Shown here in pieces: positions 20,484 to 30,056 of a stretch of DNA of 64,000 nucleotides. The notes beneath the pieces were generated by a model, which worked only from the letters and a program-made list of their open reading frames with translations, searched no databases and was not told the origin of the DNA. The position numbers were made by a program, and so were the translations under genes. This DNA comes from Candidatus Latescibacterota bacterium (GTDB lineage: Bacteria; Latescibacterota; UBA2968; SICM01), in contig CBDCJO010000002.1 in assembly GCA_965217865.1 (NCBI GenBank), positions 2,208,001 through 2,272,000 on the forward strand. The letters run 5' to 3'. Each line of letters opens with the position of its first letter. Position 1 is the stretch's first letter.

Positions 20484-21806
20484 ATGTTCCAAACCCTGAC
20501 CGAGAAATTCGAACGGGTCTTCAAGCAACTCAGAAGCCACGGAAAACTGACTGAGACCAATATCGAAGCGACCCTTCGAGAGGTTCGCCGTGGGTTGCTG
20601 GAGGCTGATGTCAACTTCAGAGTGGTTAAAACCTTCTTGGAAAAGGTCAAGGTCCGGGCCGTCGGAACGGAGGTCCTCAAAAGCCTGACCCCGGCCCAGC
20701 AGATCATCAAGATCATCCACGAGGAGTTGGCCCGTCTCCTTGGTGGACATCATCACGGACTGAACTTCAGCAACATCCCCCCCACCATCCTGATGATGGT
20801 CGGGTTAAACGGGGCTGGCAAGACCACCGCCGCGGCTAAAATCGCCAGGCACCTCAAGGCCAAGGGACGAAGCGTTGAACTGGTTGCCGCCGACGTTTAC
20901 AGGCCCGCCGCAGCCGATCAGTTGGAGGTCCTCGCCGGATCCATCGATGTGCCTGTCTGTCGAGGGGCGAACGAGTCAGAACCGGTAGAGACATGCCTGA
21001 AAGCCCTATCCTCTGCGCGAAACGGGAAAGCCGACACGCTTATCCTGGATACCGCGGGGAGAATGCATGTCGACGACCAGATGATGGAAGAGGTCGTTCG
21101 AATCCGGGAGGCGACCTCCCCTCATGAAATCCTGTTCGTGGCAGACAGCATGACCGGACAGGACGCCGTGAACGCCGCAGTTGAGTTCAAGAAACGTCTC
21201 GACTTCACGGGTGTGATCCTGACGAAATTGGACGGCGACGCCCGGGGCGGTGCGGCCCTCTCCATTTGTGAAGTCACAGGGGTGCAGATCAAATTTGTAG
21301 GGGTAGGGGAGAAGCTGGATGCCCTCGAACCATTCCACCCCGAGCGGATGGCCTCCCGCATCCTTGGAATGGGTGATGTCCTCTCGCTGGTGGAACGGGC
21401 TGAGAAGGCAGTCTCCGCAGAGAAAGCGTCTGCCCTGGAGGCTAAACTCCGGAAAGAAGCTTTCGGCCTCGACGACTTTTTAGAGCAGCTTCAGCAGATT
21501 AAAACCATCGGTCCCATCGATCAGCTTCTCGACATGATACCTGGAGCGGGAAAGGGGCTAAAAGGCGTGCAACCCGATGAAAGAGCCCTGATCCACACCG
21601 AGGCGATTGTCAGATCCATGACCCGGGAGGAACGGCGGAAACCCCACATCCTAAACGGGAGCCGGCGGCGGCGAGTTGCAAGAGGAAGCGGCCGGCCGGT
21701 TCAGGATGTCAACCGACTCTTGAAACAGTTCCAGCAGATGCAGAAAATGATGAAGAGCTTGGGGCGCTTGAAGACCGGACACCGGTTGCAATCCCTGTTC
21801 GGTTAG
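20484..21806 (+). CDS. ffh: Signal recognition particle protein
   Basis: [59 protein letters not shown]. Confidence 0.97.
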   Translation: MFQTLTEKFERVFKQLRSHGKLTETNIEATLREVRRGLLEADVNFRVVKTFLEKVKVRAVGTEVLKSLTPAQQIIKIIHEELARLLGGHHHGLNFSNIPPTILMMVGLNGAGKTTAAAKIARHLKAKGRSVELVAADVYRPAAADQLEVLAGSIDVPVCRGANESEPVETCLKALSSARNGKADTLILDTAGRMHVDDQMMEEVVRIREATSPHEILFVADSMTGQDAVNAAVEFKKRLDFTGVILTKLDGDARGGAALSICEVTGVQIKFVGVGEKLDALEPFHPERMASRILGMGDVLSLVERAEKAVSAEKASALEAKLRKEAFGLDDFLEQLQQIKTIGPIDQLLDMIPGAGKGLKGVQPDERALIHTEAIVRSMTREERRKPHILNGSRRRRVARGSGRPVQDVNRLLKQFQQMQKMMKSLGRLKTGHRLQSLFG

Positions 21807-21844
21807 GCACCATTGACTCACATACCCCCTTTTCGGAGGTGGCT

Positions 21845-22174
21845 TTGGCCGTCAAAATTCGCTTAAAGCGCATCGGATCAAAGAAAGCCCCTGTTTACCG
21901 GTTGGTCGCAGCAGAATCCACTTCTCCCCGGGATGGTAAGTTCATTGAGGAACTCGGGTATTATAATCCGATCAAGGATCCCCCGATTATTCACATGAAC
22001 GAGGAGAAGATCCTCACTTGGCTCAAAAATGGGGCGATCCCAACGGATACCGCTCGTAGCCTGTTGCGGGGACAAGGGATTCTGCAAAGGTTGGATGCGA
22101 TCCGGAAGGGGACAAAGGACCAGGCCGAACCGTCGGGGATACCCGACGAAGCCCTTGAAACACAGGAACCCTAG
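21845..22174 (+). CDS. rpsP: 30S ribosomal protein S16
   Basis: TTG start after GGAGG; [43 protein letters not shown]. Confidence 0.96.
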   Translation: MAVKIRLKRIGSKKAPVYRLVAAESTSPRDGKFIEELGYYNPIKDPPIIHMNEEKILTWLKNGAIPTDTARSLLRGQGILQRLDAIRKGTKDQAEPSGIPDEALETQEP

Positions 22175-22211
22175 TCTCCCCGGAGAGACACCCCACCCGG
22201 ACGGTGGAGGC

Positions 22212-22709
22212 ATGATCGCCATCGGCCGGATAGGACGTCCACACGGGACTGCGGGAACCGTCCGCGTGACCCCCCTGTCCGACCACCCCGACCGCTTTCG
22301 TCGTCTGAATCGTGTCTCGGTCGAAAAGGGAAGCGGGACCGTTATAACCCTGAATATCGAATCGGTGAAGGGACAAACCGCTAAAACCCTGGTAAAATTC
22401 CAGGGGGTCGATTCCCTAGAACAGGCCGAAGAACTCCGGGACGGTTTCATCCTTATCGCTCGGAATGATGTCCCCTCGCTCCCTGAAGACACCTACTATG
22501 TCTTCGATCTCGTCGGATATGAAGTGGAGACCGAAGAGGGTGATCCGATTGGAATCCTGACAGAAGTCCAGCGTTTCCCGGCAAATGATTTGTACCTCGT
22601 CCAAGGGAAAAAAGGTGATGTCCTGATCCCCGCGGTTCGACAATTCGTTCGAGTCGATTCGGATCAGAGAAAAATTTTTGTCCAGGGGATTGAGGAGCTG
22701 CTGGAATAG
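22212..22709 (+). CDS. rimM: Ribosome maturation factor RimM
   Basis: IGRIGRPHG..G, AEELRD, YYVFDLVGYEV, ANDLYLV, LIPAV; the start may lie slightly upstream. Confidence 0.92.
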   Translation: MIAIGRIGRPHGTAGTVRVTPLSDHPDRFRRLNRVSVEKGSGTVITLNIESVKGQTAKTLVKFQGVDSLEQAEELRDGFILIARNDVPSLPEDTYYVFDLVGYEVETEEGDPIGILTEVQRFPANDLYLVQGKKGDVLIPAVRQFVRVDSDQRKIFVQGIEELLE

Positions 22710-22742
22710 GGCCCATCTCACAGCCGAGCGTTAGAGAACTCA

Positions 22743-23486
22743 GTGTTGCAGATCGACATCCTTACGATCTTCCCGGAGATGATCGAAGGGGCCTTAAGTC
22801 ACAGTATCGTGGGAAGGGCCCTTAAGTCAGGGATCGTCCAGATCCGAATCCACAACCTCAGAGACTTCACCGACGATCCCCACCGAACCGTCGACGATGC
22901 CCCTTATGGTGGAGGGGGCGGGATGGTATTCCGGCCTGAACCCCTGGCAAGGGCCTTTCGAGCAATCACCGACTCCGAGACACCGCATCCCACCATCTTC
23001 TTGACCCCACAGGGAAGGCCCCTGACGCAGAAAGTTGCCAACCATCTCTCTCTGGAGCCGCATCTGATCCTGTTGTGCGGGCACTACCGGGGAATCGATG
23101 AGCGTATCCGAACACGGTACATTACGGAAGAAATATCGATCGGTGATTATGTCCTGAGCGGTGGAGAACTTCCAGCATTGGTTTTGGTTGACTCTGTCGT
23201 CAGGTTGATCCCCGGTTCCATCGGAAACTTCGAGTCCGCCCAATCCGACTCATTTCAAGAGGAACGGCTGGACTGTCCGTGGTACACCCGGCCCAGAGTG
23301 TTTGAAGGATTGGAGGTGCCTGGTATATTGGTGAAGGGAAATCACAAGGAGATCGCCCGCTGGCGGTGTGACCAATCCCTCCGGCGCACTGCAGGCCGGA
23401 GGCCCGATATTCTTGACAAGAACACGCTCTCACAGTTTCAAGCCCGGACCCCTAGCGCACGTCCAAACCCCGGAGGCCCAAAGTGA
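22743..23486 (+). CDS. trmD: tRNA (guanine37-N1)-methyltransferase
   Basis: TIFPE, VDDAPYGGGGGMV, LTPQG, CGHYRGIDER, SIGDYVLSGGE, YTRP, GNH. Confidence 0.97.
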   Translation: MLQIDILTIFPEMIEGALSHSIVGRALKSGIVQIRIHNLRDFTDDPHRTVDDAPYGGGGGMVFRPEPLARAFRAITDSETPHPTIFLTPQGRPLTQKVANHLSLEPHLILLCGHYRGIDERIRTRYITEEISIGDYVLSGGELPALVLVDSVVRLIPGSIGNFESAQSDSFQEERLDCPWYTRPRVFEGLEVPGILVKGNHKEIARWRCDQSLRRTAGRRPDILDKNTLSQFQARTPSARPNPGGPK

Positions 23487-24964
23487 AAATCCTCCTGATC
23501 AGTCCACCCCTTCATAGCCTCTATTTCGCAGCGCGGGTCATCATCCCTCCGCTGGGTCTTCTCTACGTGGCCGGCAAACTTGATGCCGACGGGCACGACG
23601 TCGAAGTTCGGGACATGTCCTTCTTCGACGGACCTGAGGATTATGACGGGTTCGACCTTGTGGGCGTCACCTGTACCACGCCACAATATCACGAGGCTTT
23701 GCTCTACGCCAAAAAGGCCCACGAGGCGGGTTGTCGCACTCTGATCGGGGGTACGCACGTCACGTTCACGACCCAGACCACGCTTCGCTTGGGTTACGTG
23801 GACTATGTGATCCGGGGAGAGGGGGAACAGGCCGTCTCGATTTTGGCCAGAAACCTGGAAGAGGAAGGATCCAGGTTCGATCCGGGGAAGATCCCCAGCC
23901 TGTCCTGGTACGACCCCGATTCAAAAGCCGTGGTTGACAATCCCCAGGTTCCGGATATTCAAACGGTGGACGACCTGCCAACGCCGGCCCGACACCTTCT
24001 GGACATGGAACCCTACAAGCTCACCCGCTTGATGAACGGCCCCGTGTCCACGATGATCACCAGCCGGGGATGCCCCTACGCCTGCACATTTTGTTCGGTT
24101 CCCACCCTCTACCAGAAACGCAAATGGCGTTCCCGCGAGGCCGTCCTGGCCGTGGACGAGTTAGAAAACCTCTGTGAAGAGTACGGTTTTACAGGAGCCC
24201 TTCTGGTGGACGACCTCTTGACGACAAATCCCCGCCGTATCCACGAACTCTGCGCAGAGATCATCGAGCGCGGGCTTAAGGTTCATTGGTGGTGCCAATC
24301 GCGGGCAGATATCCTGGTCAACAACCCGGACCTGGTTGAGCATATGGCGCGATCGGGATGTTCCAATGTCTTTCTCGGACTGGAATCCGGCAACGAGCAC
24401 ACCCTGGTTCACTGGAATAAAAAAATGAAACTGATTACGGGTCATGAGGCCGTGGAATTGCTTCGCGACCACGGGATTCGGGCACTGACCTCTTTTATCA
24501 TCGGCGCAGAGGGTGAGACCGAAGCCGATATCGAGAGGACCATTCAGTACGCCAAAGATCTGGACGCCCACCAGGCTCAGTTCTCCATCCTGACCCCCTA
24601 TCCGGGGACCGTGGATTGGGACCGAAACATCGGCCGAATCTTCGACAACAACTGGGCGAACTACACCGGCACCAAGGTCGTATTTCACCGGGATTCGGTT
24701 CCGGGTGAGGTTGTCGAGCAGAAGCTCCGGAAAGCGTATCTGAAGTTTTACAACCCGTTTCGCAGGTGGGATCGCGTGCTCAAGGGAATCCCCGGGCTTA
24801 GCCTGAAGGGGCTCTGGGCGGTCTGGCGCAACCTAAGGGAAAGCGCGGAGATCCCGATTCTGGATCCGGTTGAAAACATGATCCAACTCGCTACCCCAGA
24901 CCGGGATGAATTCTTAAGGTCGCAGAAAAAGGCCGCTCCGACACAGATCGAGGCAGCGGATTAA
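23483..24964 (+). CDS. Cobalamin-binding radical SAM protein (class B methyltransferase / BchE-like)
   Basis: [32 protein letters not shown] (CxxxCxxC), GLESG, LTPYPGT; GTGA overlap with the trmD stop. Confidence 0.9.
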   Translation: MKILLISPPLHSLYFAARVIIPPLGLLYVAGKLDADGHDVEVRDMSFFDGPEDYDGFDLVGVTCTTPQYHEALLYAKKAHEAGCRTLIGGTHVTFTTQTTLRLGYVDYVIRGEGEQAVSILARNLEEEGSRFDPGKIPSLSWYDPDSKAVVDNPQVPDIQTVDDLPTPARHLLDMEPYKLTRLMNGPVSTMITSRGCPYACTFCSVPTLYQKRKWRSREAVLAVDELENLCEEYGFTGALLVDDLLTTNPRRIHELCAEIIERGLKVHWWCQSRADILVNNPDLVEHMARSGCSNVFLGLESGNEHTLVHWNKKMKLITGHEAVELLRDHGIRALTSFIIGAEGETEADIERTIQYAKDLDAHQAQFSILTPYPGTVDWDRNIGRIFDNNWANYTGTKVVFHRDSVPGEVVEQKLRKAYLKFYNPFRRWDRVLKGIPGLSLKGLWAVWRNLRESAEIPILDPVENMIQLATPDRDEFLRSQKKAAPTQIEAAD

Positions 24965-24986
24965 GGGAAAGGAAGGAGCAAATAAA

Positions 24987-25337
24987 ATGTCCGTCGATCT
25001 TCTGGCCGCAGTTTCTCGAGAGGGACTCAAAGAAGATGTCCCCGAGTTTAAGGCCGGTGACACCCTGCGGGTACACGTTCGGGTGATCGAAGGGGAGAAA
25101 GAGAGAACCCAAGTGTTTGAAGGAAATGTAATCCAGCGGAAGGGATCCGGTCTCTCTGAGACCGTCACGGTAAGGCGCATCGCCAGCGGGGTCGGTGTTG
25201 AACGGATCTTTCCCATTCATTCACCTCGAGTCGGCCGGATCGAACGCATCCGGCGGGGTCGGGTGCGTCGGGCTCGCCTCAACTATCTGAAAGGCCTTCG
25301 AGGCAAGGCCGCCCGAATCGCCGAAGCATCGAATTGA
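24987..25337 (+). CDS. rplS: 50S ribosomal protein L19
   Basis: [51 protein letters not shown]. Confidence 0.97.
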   Translation: MSVDLLAAVSREGLKEDVPEFKAGDTLRVHVRVIEGEKERTQVFEGNVIQRKGSGLSETVTVRRIASGVGVERIFPIHSPRVGRIERIRRGRVRRARLNYLKGLRGKAARIAEASN

Positions 25338-25346
25338 TCTAAGCCA

Positions 25347-25643
25347 ATGGCCCCACCCGCCAACAAAATCCCGAGGACTTCAAGGAGACAAACACGCCGA
25401 CGGGCTGTTCAGGCCCAGGAACTTCCCTATACGCGACGAAACAGGCGATTGTTCCTGGGCGGCCTTTTTGTTATCGCATCTGGATATATAACTTTAAGCA
25501 TCCCGCCGGCCGACGGTTTTATGTCGATGACCCTGGCTCCGATCTTACTCACCGGGGGTTACTGCGTGATTCTCCCGGTTGCTCTTTTAATCGGAGAACG
25601 CCGTTCAAAAGGGCCTGAAAACCCTCCGGCGGAAGACTCTTAG
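25347..25643 (+). CDS. Small two-TM membrane protein (DUF3098-like)
   Basis: LPYTRRN..LF..GL..I..GY...S......SMTLAPILL..GY..ILP pattern. Confidence 0.6.
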   Translation: MAPPANKIPRTSRRQTRRRAVQAQELPYTRRNRRLFLGGLFVIASGYITLSIPPADGFMSMTLAPILLTGGYCVILPVALLIGERRSKGPENPPAEDS

Positions 25644-25718
25644 TTCGTTTACCCCCCACCAACCCTGACGCCTTCCCTCCAGGCATGATTCCCAATCCCT
25701 CGGACCGAAACCGTCGGA

Positions 25719-26495
25719 TCAAAAAATCTGTGCTTGCCAGCCTCCGTCCACAATCAACGGGATCCCCGTAATCCATCCGGCGTCGTCCGAGGCCAGAAAC
25801 ACCGAAGCGCGACCGATGTCTCTGGAGAGGCCGAATCGGGGAAGAGGCGTCCTTTCACGGCACGCTTCGATCTGCTCGGGCGTCAGGTAGTCCTGTATCG
25901 CGGTCTCAATGTAGCCCGGGCAGATCACATTTACGGTAATGTTATGGGCACCCAATTCCACCGCTGTGTCCCTGGTCAAGTTGACGACAGCGGCCTTCGC
26001 CGGGGCATAAGCAGGTCCGCCACCTCCCCCGAACGCGTGAATCGATGCTATGTTGATGATTCGGCCCGCTTCGGATCTTTTGAGGTGCGGGACCGCGTAT
26101 TTGGTTGAGAGAAAAATCGCACGGAGATTCAACCCTACGACGCTGTCCCAATCGGCCACGGCGAGCTGCTGACTGTCCCCAGGGATATGAATCCCTGCAT
26201 TGTTGACCAGGATGTCGAGTCCCCCAAACCCATTGACCGCCGTTTCGATCAAGGAACCGACAGCCGCCTCGTCCGAAACGTCGGCTTGCGCAAATAATCC
26301 CTCCCGCCCAAATTTCTGGATCTCTTCGACGGTCGGTGTAACCGTCTCCTGTTCATAATACACGCCTCTTTTGGGATCCTCGCGTACATCGGCCACGACG
26401 ACCCGCGCACCCTCCCGCGCAAATTCGATCGCGATGCCCCTCCCGATACCTGAACTCCCTCCGGTAACGATCGCCACACGATCTTTCAGCACCAT
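25719..26495 (-). CDS. Short-chain dehydrogenase/reductase
   Basis: TGGSSGIG, NNAG, NIAS, YAPAK, CPG, VDGG. Confidence 0.93.
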   Translation of the reverse strand: MVLKDRVAIVTGGSSGIGRGIAIEFAREGARVVVADVREDPKRGVYYEQETVTPTVEEIQKFGREGLFAQADVSDEAAVGSLIETAVNGFGGLDILVNNAGIHIPGDSQQLAVADWDSVVGLNLRAIFLSTKYAVPHLKRSEAGRIINIASIHAFGGGGGPAYAPAKAAVVNLTRDTAVELGAHNITVNVICPGYIETAIQDYLTPEQIEACRERTPLPRFGLSRDIGRASVFLASDDAGWITGIPLIVDGGWQAQIF

Positions 26496-26603
26496 AAATG
26501 CTCTCCCTTCTGAGGTGTGGATCTCACCAGGCCCGTGAATCCGCTTGTCCTAAATCATATTTTTATTATATTTAACACCCAAGAAAATTTGAAGAGGGAT
26601 ACG

Positions 26604-27056
26604 ATGAACGTACATCCGCTGATCGTCCACTTCCCGATCGCGCTGTTGATTACGGGGGTCCTTTCGGACGTGTTTGGGTTCCTTCGAATGAGACCATTTT
26701 TTCAGGACGTTGGGCTGTTCCTGATTGGTTTGGGTGTTTTGGGAGCCATCGCCGCTGGGGTATCTGGAGACCAGGCCGCAGAAGCGCTTTCACATATCTC
26801 GGAGCTTACCCCGTTTGTTGAACAACACGAAGACTTCGCAACTGGGACGATCTGGATGTTCATCCTCCTCCTTCTGTGGCGCCTATATCTAAAGATCAGG
26901 GGGCGATTCACGCCGGTGATTCGCACAGCCTACGTAATCCTCAGTCTAACCGCCGGTGGACTCCTCTCGGTAACCAGTTATCTGGGGGGGGTGCTCGTGT
27001 TTGAACATGGCGCTGGGGTGAAACAGGCTGTGGAGCGTTCGTCCCCAGGAAAATAG
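26604..27056 (+). CDS. DUF2231 family membrane protein
   Basis: HPLIVHFPIAL, SG..A, HE, YLGG.LVF.HG.GV. Confidence 0.82.
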   Translation: MNVHPLIVHFPIALLITGVLSDVFGFLRMRPFFQDVGLFLIGLGVLGAIAAGVSGDQAAEALSHISELTPFVEQHEDFATGTIWMFILLLLWRLYLKIRGRFTPVIRTAYVILSLTAGGLLSVTSYLGGVLVFEHGAGVKQAVERSSPGK

Positions 27057-27081
27057 CAGCTCATTCGCCAAACACAGGATC

Positions 27082-27303
27082 ATGATCCGTTATCTGAGCT
27101 TTTATAACGGCAAACTCTTTACCAGCCGGCCTCCAGCTGACTCCGATTGGGTTATGGAGCTGGACATCCCCGATCAAACCGCGCTTAGAGAAATTCAAAA
27201 GGCCGCCCAGCATACCTATAAGGCGAAGAAAAACAGGGCGGTATGGGGACACCGATTCCTTCGCCTTAATGATGTTCTGAAGCCCTTTATGACAGGCCGC
27301 TGA
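27082..27303 (+). CDS. Small hypothetical protein (73 aa)
   Basis: AGGA just before the ATG, fills the intergenic space, protein-like composition; no family recognised. Confidence 0.5.
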   Translation: MIRYLSFYNGKLFTSRPPADSDWVMELDIPDQTALREIQKAAQHTYKAKKNRAVWGHRFLRLNDVLKPFMTGR

Positions 27304-27396
27304 ATTTCCCCAACAAGCCAACCCCCATCTATTCTTTTCCCAATCCCCATATTAAATATTTATAGACCAAAACCCGAGCGCCAATGGGGCATTAGC

Positions 27397-28086
27397 TTAT
27401 ATGCTTATCAGCAAAATTCTCCGTGGGCTTTTGCCGGGAATTCCGGTGTCGATCGACCGAACAAGGACGGGCCGCGTGGTTCGGGAATAGGGAAGGAGAA
27501 ATTTGCCAACCCGTGACGCCTCATTATTTCCCACAAAAACCAACAGGGCGCCAAGGTTTCTCACCACCTTCCGGATGGAGGGAACCAGCCCGGGAAGATT
27601 TCCGACCGCACGAGCCAGGATCAAATCATATCCCCCCTTGGAACAATCCTTAATGGAAAGCTCTTCAACGCGTGCGCGGATCACTGAGGTGTTGTCGAGA
27701 GAAAGAGTTTGAGTGGTTTTCACCAGATGGTTTGTCCGCTTCAACGACGCATCAAGAAGATGGAACTTGCGACCCGGATTCATGATGGCTAGAGGAATGC
27801 CCGGGACTCCCCCTCCCGATCCAAGGTCCAGAATCCTCTCTGGATCAAACCATTCCAATACTGGCTGGGCAAGCAAAGATTCCAGAATCTGATCCTCGAT
27901 CAATGTCGTTTTTGCCGGATTTCTTGAAACCAGATTGATACGCCGATTTGTCGCAACCATGATTTCGTAAAATTCCCCCAGGCGAACCGCCTGTTCGGGT
28001 GAAACGCTTATTTCCATCTCGTCTTTAAGTCCGCTCAATCCGGGACAAACGGCAATGGAATTCTTTTCAGAATCGAAACAGGCCAT
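27397..28086 (-). CDS. rsmG: 16S rRNA m7G527 methyltransferase (divergent)
   Basis: N.RINLVS, LDLGSGGGVPGIPLAI, LLDASLKR, RVEE, YDLILARAV; position next to the origin. Start is ATG 28086 or 28017. Confidence 0.85.
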   Translation of the reverse strand: MACFDSEKNSIAVCPGLSGLKDEMEISVSPEQAVRLGEFYEIMVATNRRINLVSRNPAKTTLIEDQILESLLAQPVLEWFDPERILDLGSGGGVPGIPLAIMNPGRKFHLLDASLKRTNHLVKTTQTLSLDNTSVIRARVEELSIKDCSKGGYDLILARAVGNLPGLVPSIRKVVRNLGALLVFVGNNEASRVGKFLLPYSRTTRPVLVRSIDTGIPGKSPRRILLISI

Positions 28087-28093
28087 AGGTTTT

Positions 28094-28109
28094 AGTTCCA
28101 CGTGGAACA
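28094..28109. promoter_or_regulatory. parS centromere site
   Basis: AGTTCCACGTGGAACA, a 15/16 match to the palindrome TGTTCCACGTGGAACA. Confidence 0.85.
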
Positions 28110-28259
28110 ATCGTTGAGGCCGCCGATCCCCACTTTCCGGCTTTTATGATAGAAAATCGAGCTGTGCGACCAACGCGACACCTTTTTTAGACATTTGGAA
28201 TTTGACGCCCGCCCCAGCTTTCCATAGGCCTTTCTGCTCTGCCAATTGCAATTCAACAC

Positions 28260-28288
28260 AAAAGGCACTCTCATTTTACGAGGGTGCC
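28260..28288 (-). terminator. Putative intrinsic terminator after yidC
   Basis: Minus strand GGCACCCTC-N7-GAGAGTGCC followed by TTTTGTGTT (one stem mismatch). Confidence 0.5.
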
Positions 28289-28295
28289 CATCATT

Positions 28296-28311
28296 TGTTT
28301 CACGTGAAACA
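28296..28311. promoter_or_regulatory. parS centromere site
   Basis: Perfect TGTTTCACGTGAAACA. Confidence 0.93.
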
Positions 28312-28317
28312 TTGGCG

Positions 28318-29934
28318 CTACTTTTTGGTCCTTTTCTTAACCTGTTCAATCATCAACTGCTGGCCCCAGCTGAGTAGGTTAAACATAGTCCAGTAGAGAA
28401 CCAAACCGGAAGACATCCCCCAGAAAAAAAAGATCATCATAGCCGGCATCATATAGACCATCATCTTCTGTTTAGGATCTGTCAACGTCTTCTTTTGTTG
28501 AAAAAACATGGTTAAGGCCATCATAAGGGGAAGCACGTGTATCTGAATCCCCTCGGGTTGCGACAAGTCGTCGATCCACAGAACAAAGGGGGCTTGCCTT
28601 AATTCAATCGCATTCTGGAACACGTTAAACAAGGCAAAAAGGATAGGCATCTGGAACAACATCGGCATGCAACCCCCCAGCGGATTGACCCCTTTTTCCT
28701 TGTATAATCGCATCATTTCCTGGTTCACGCGTTGCTGGTCCTTCGGGTACTTTTCCCGAAGTTCAGTAATCTGAGGCTGAACTTCCTGCATTCTGGCCAT
28801 CGACTCATAGCTCTTGTGCGTCAGTGGATATAATGCGATCTTGACCAATATTGAGAACAGTATGATCACCAGGCCATAGTTAGACACCAGCACGTGGATC
28901 ATCATGAATATCTTCAATATCCCGATCCCAATCGGTTCCATCAGCCCTCTTGCCCAATCCCATCCCCAACTCATAGCCTGTTGAAGCCCTCCTTCATACT
29001 GGCTTAGGATAGAATACGAGATCGGCCCCCCATATACTCTTCCCGCTATAAAACCTTTTTGGGACTCTCCGACGATTCCGATGTCAAACCGCTTCCCTCC
29101 GTCTGGGTCCGCGGTTTCTTCGACAACTTTCATCGCATAACGGCCCTGGATTTCTGGGACAAATGCAACCAGAAAATATTTGCTCCTAAGCCCAACCCAA
29201 CCTCCCTGCCCACTGGGCCGGGACTGGTCGCTCCTGGCTTCTTCAACGTCCCACGATTCAACCTCTCCTCCCATAAAGGTCACGACCCTGGTGTGATTCA
29301 GCTCATCTTGATAATTCTTCTCGCCTCTCCCGAGACCGCCCCGCCACTCCAGCGTGCATTTTCGATCCGACAGTTCCCCCCTGACCCGAACATCAACCTC
29401 CAGATCGTATCGGTTTCCGACCACACTCACACTTTTTTCGATTGTGCTATTTTTCCATTTTACTGACCAGTTAACCGTCGCGGTTTCATCACCACTCAGA
29501 GAGAGTGACTCGATCCCGGGATCAAACATAACGTCCGAAAGATCGTGGTCGCCCACCGTAACCACACATCCAACCCCACCTTCCCCAACCAGGTCAACTG
29601 GTTTTCCACCCTTACCATCAAGATACCCCTTGAGGATCCAACTTTTTAAGGCACCTCCGCGGGTGCTCCATCGAGAAATAAACAGGTCGTTCTCCACCAC
29701 GATTTCTCGCTCATCAACCCTCACATCCTTCTCTTCCGGTGGGTGGGTCTCTTCGGTTATTTCAATCTTTTTTGGGCGGGGAACCGCAACGATTTCTTCG
29801 GAGACCTCGGGATAGGAGGAATCCACCCTTTCCGCTTTTTGGGGGTCTTTGCCCATCAACCATTCCTGGTATTTGGGGGTCAATAGAATCACTATTCCGA
29901 TGAGTACAAAAGCAAAGAGAACTCGCCTATCCAT
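28318..29934 (-). CDS. yidC: Membrane protein insertase YidC
   Basis: MDRRVLFAF, SKYFL, NYGLVIILFSILVK, NPLGGCMPMLFQMPILFALF, ELRQAPFVLWIDDLS, SGLVLYW..FN. Confidence 0.96.
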   Translation of the reverse strand: MDRRVLFAFVLIGIVILLTPKYQEWLMGKDPQKAERVDSSYPEVSEEIVAVPRPKKIEITEETHPPEEKDVRVDEREIVVENDLFISRWSTRGGALKSWILKGYLDGKGGKPVDLVGEGGVGCVVTVGDHDLSDVMFDPGIESLSLSGDETATVNWSVKWKNSTIEKSVSVVGNRYDLEVDVRVRGELSDRKCTLEWRGGLGRGEKNYQDELNHTRVVTFMGGEVESWDVEEARSDQSRPSGQGGWVGLRSKYFLVAFVPEIQGRYAMKVVEETADPDGGKRFDIGIVGESQKGFIAGRVYGGPISYSILSQYEGGLQQAMSWGWDWARGLMEPIGIGILKIFMMIHVLVSNYGLVIILFSILVKIALYPLTHKSYESMARMQEVQPQITELREKYPKDQQRVNQEMMRLYKEKGVNPLGGCMPMLFQMPILFALFNVFQNAIELRQAPFVLWIDDLSQPEGIQIHVLPLMMALTMFFQQKKTLTDPKQKMMVYMMPAMMIFFFWGMSSGLVLYWTMFNLLSWGQQLMIEQVKKRTKK

Positions 29935-29996
29935 AAGCCGCCTTCAGGAAATTATTATGGCCTTTTCAACTAAACCGTGAGATTAAAATTTTGATT

Positions 29997-30025
29997 ATAT
30001 TACCTCGGGGCTTATGAGATGTCAA
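29997..30025 (-). promoter_or_regulatory. Sigma70 promoter for yidC
   Basis: TTGACA-N17-TAATAT on the minus strand. Confidence 0.7.
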
Positions 30026-30056
30026 GCGTTTATTGTTGTAAAGCCCATCTATTCTA

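Noticed and set aside
28087-28110. rsmG start 'MFHVEL' in the ORF track
   Set aside because: The peptide is simply the translation of the parS palindrome; the real start is probably downstream.
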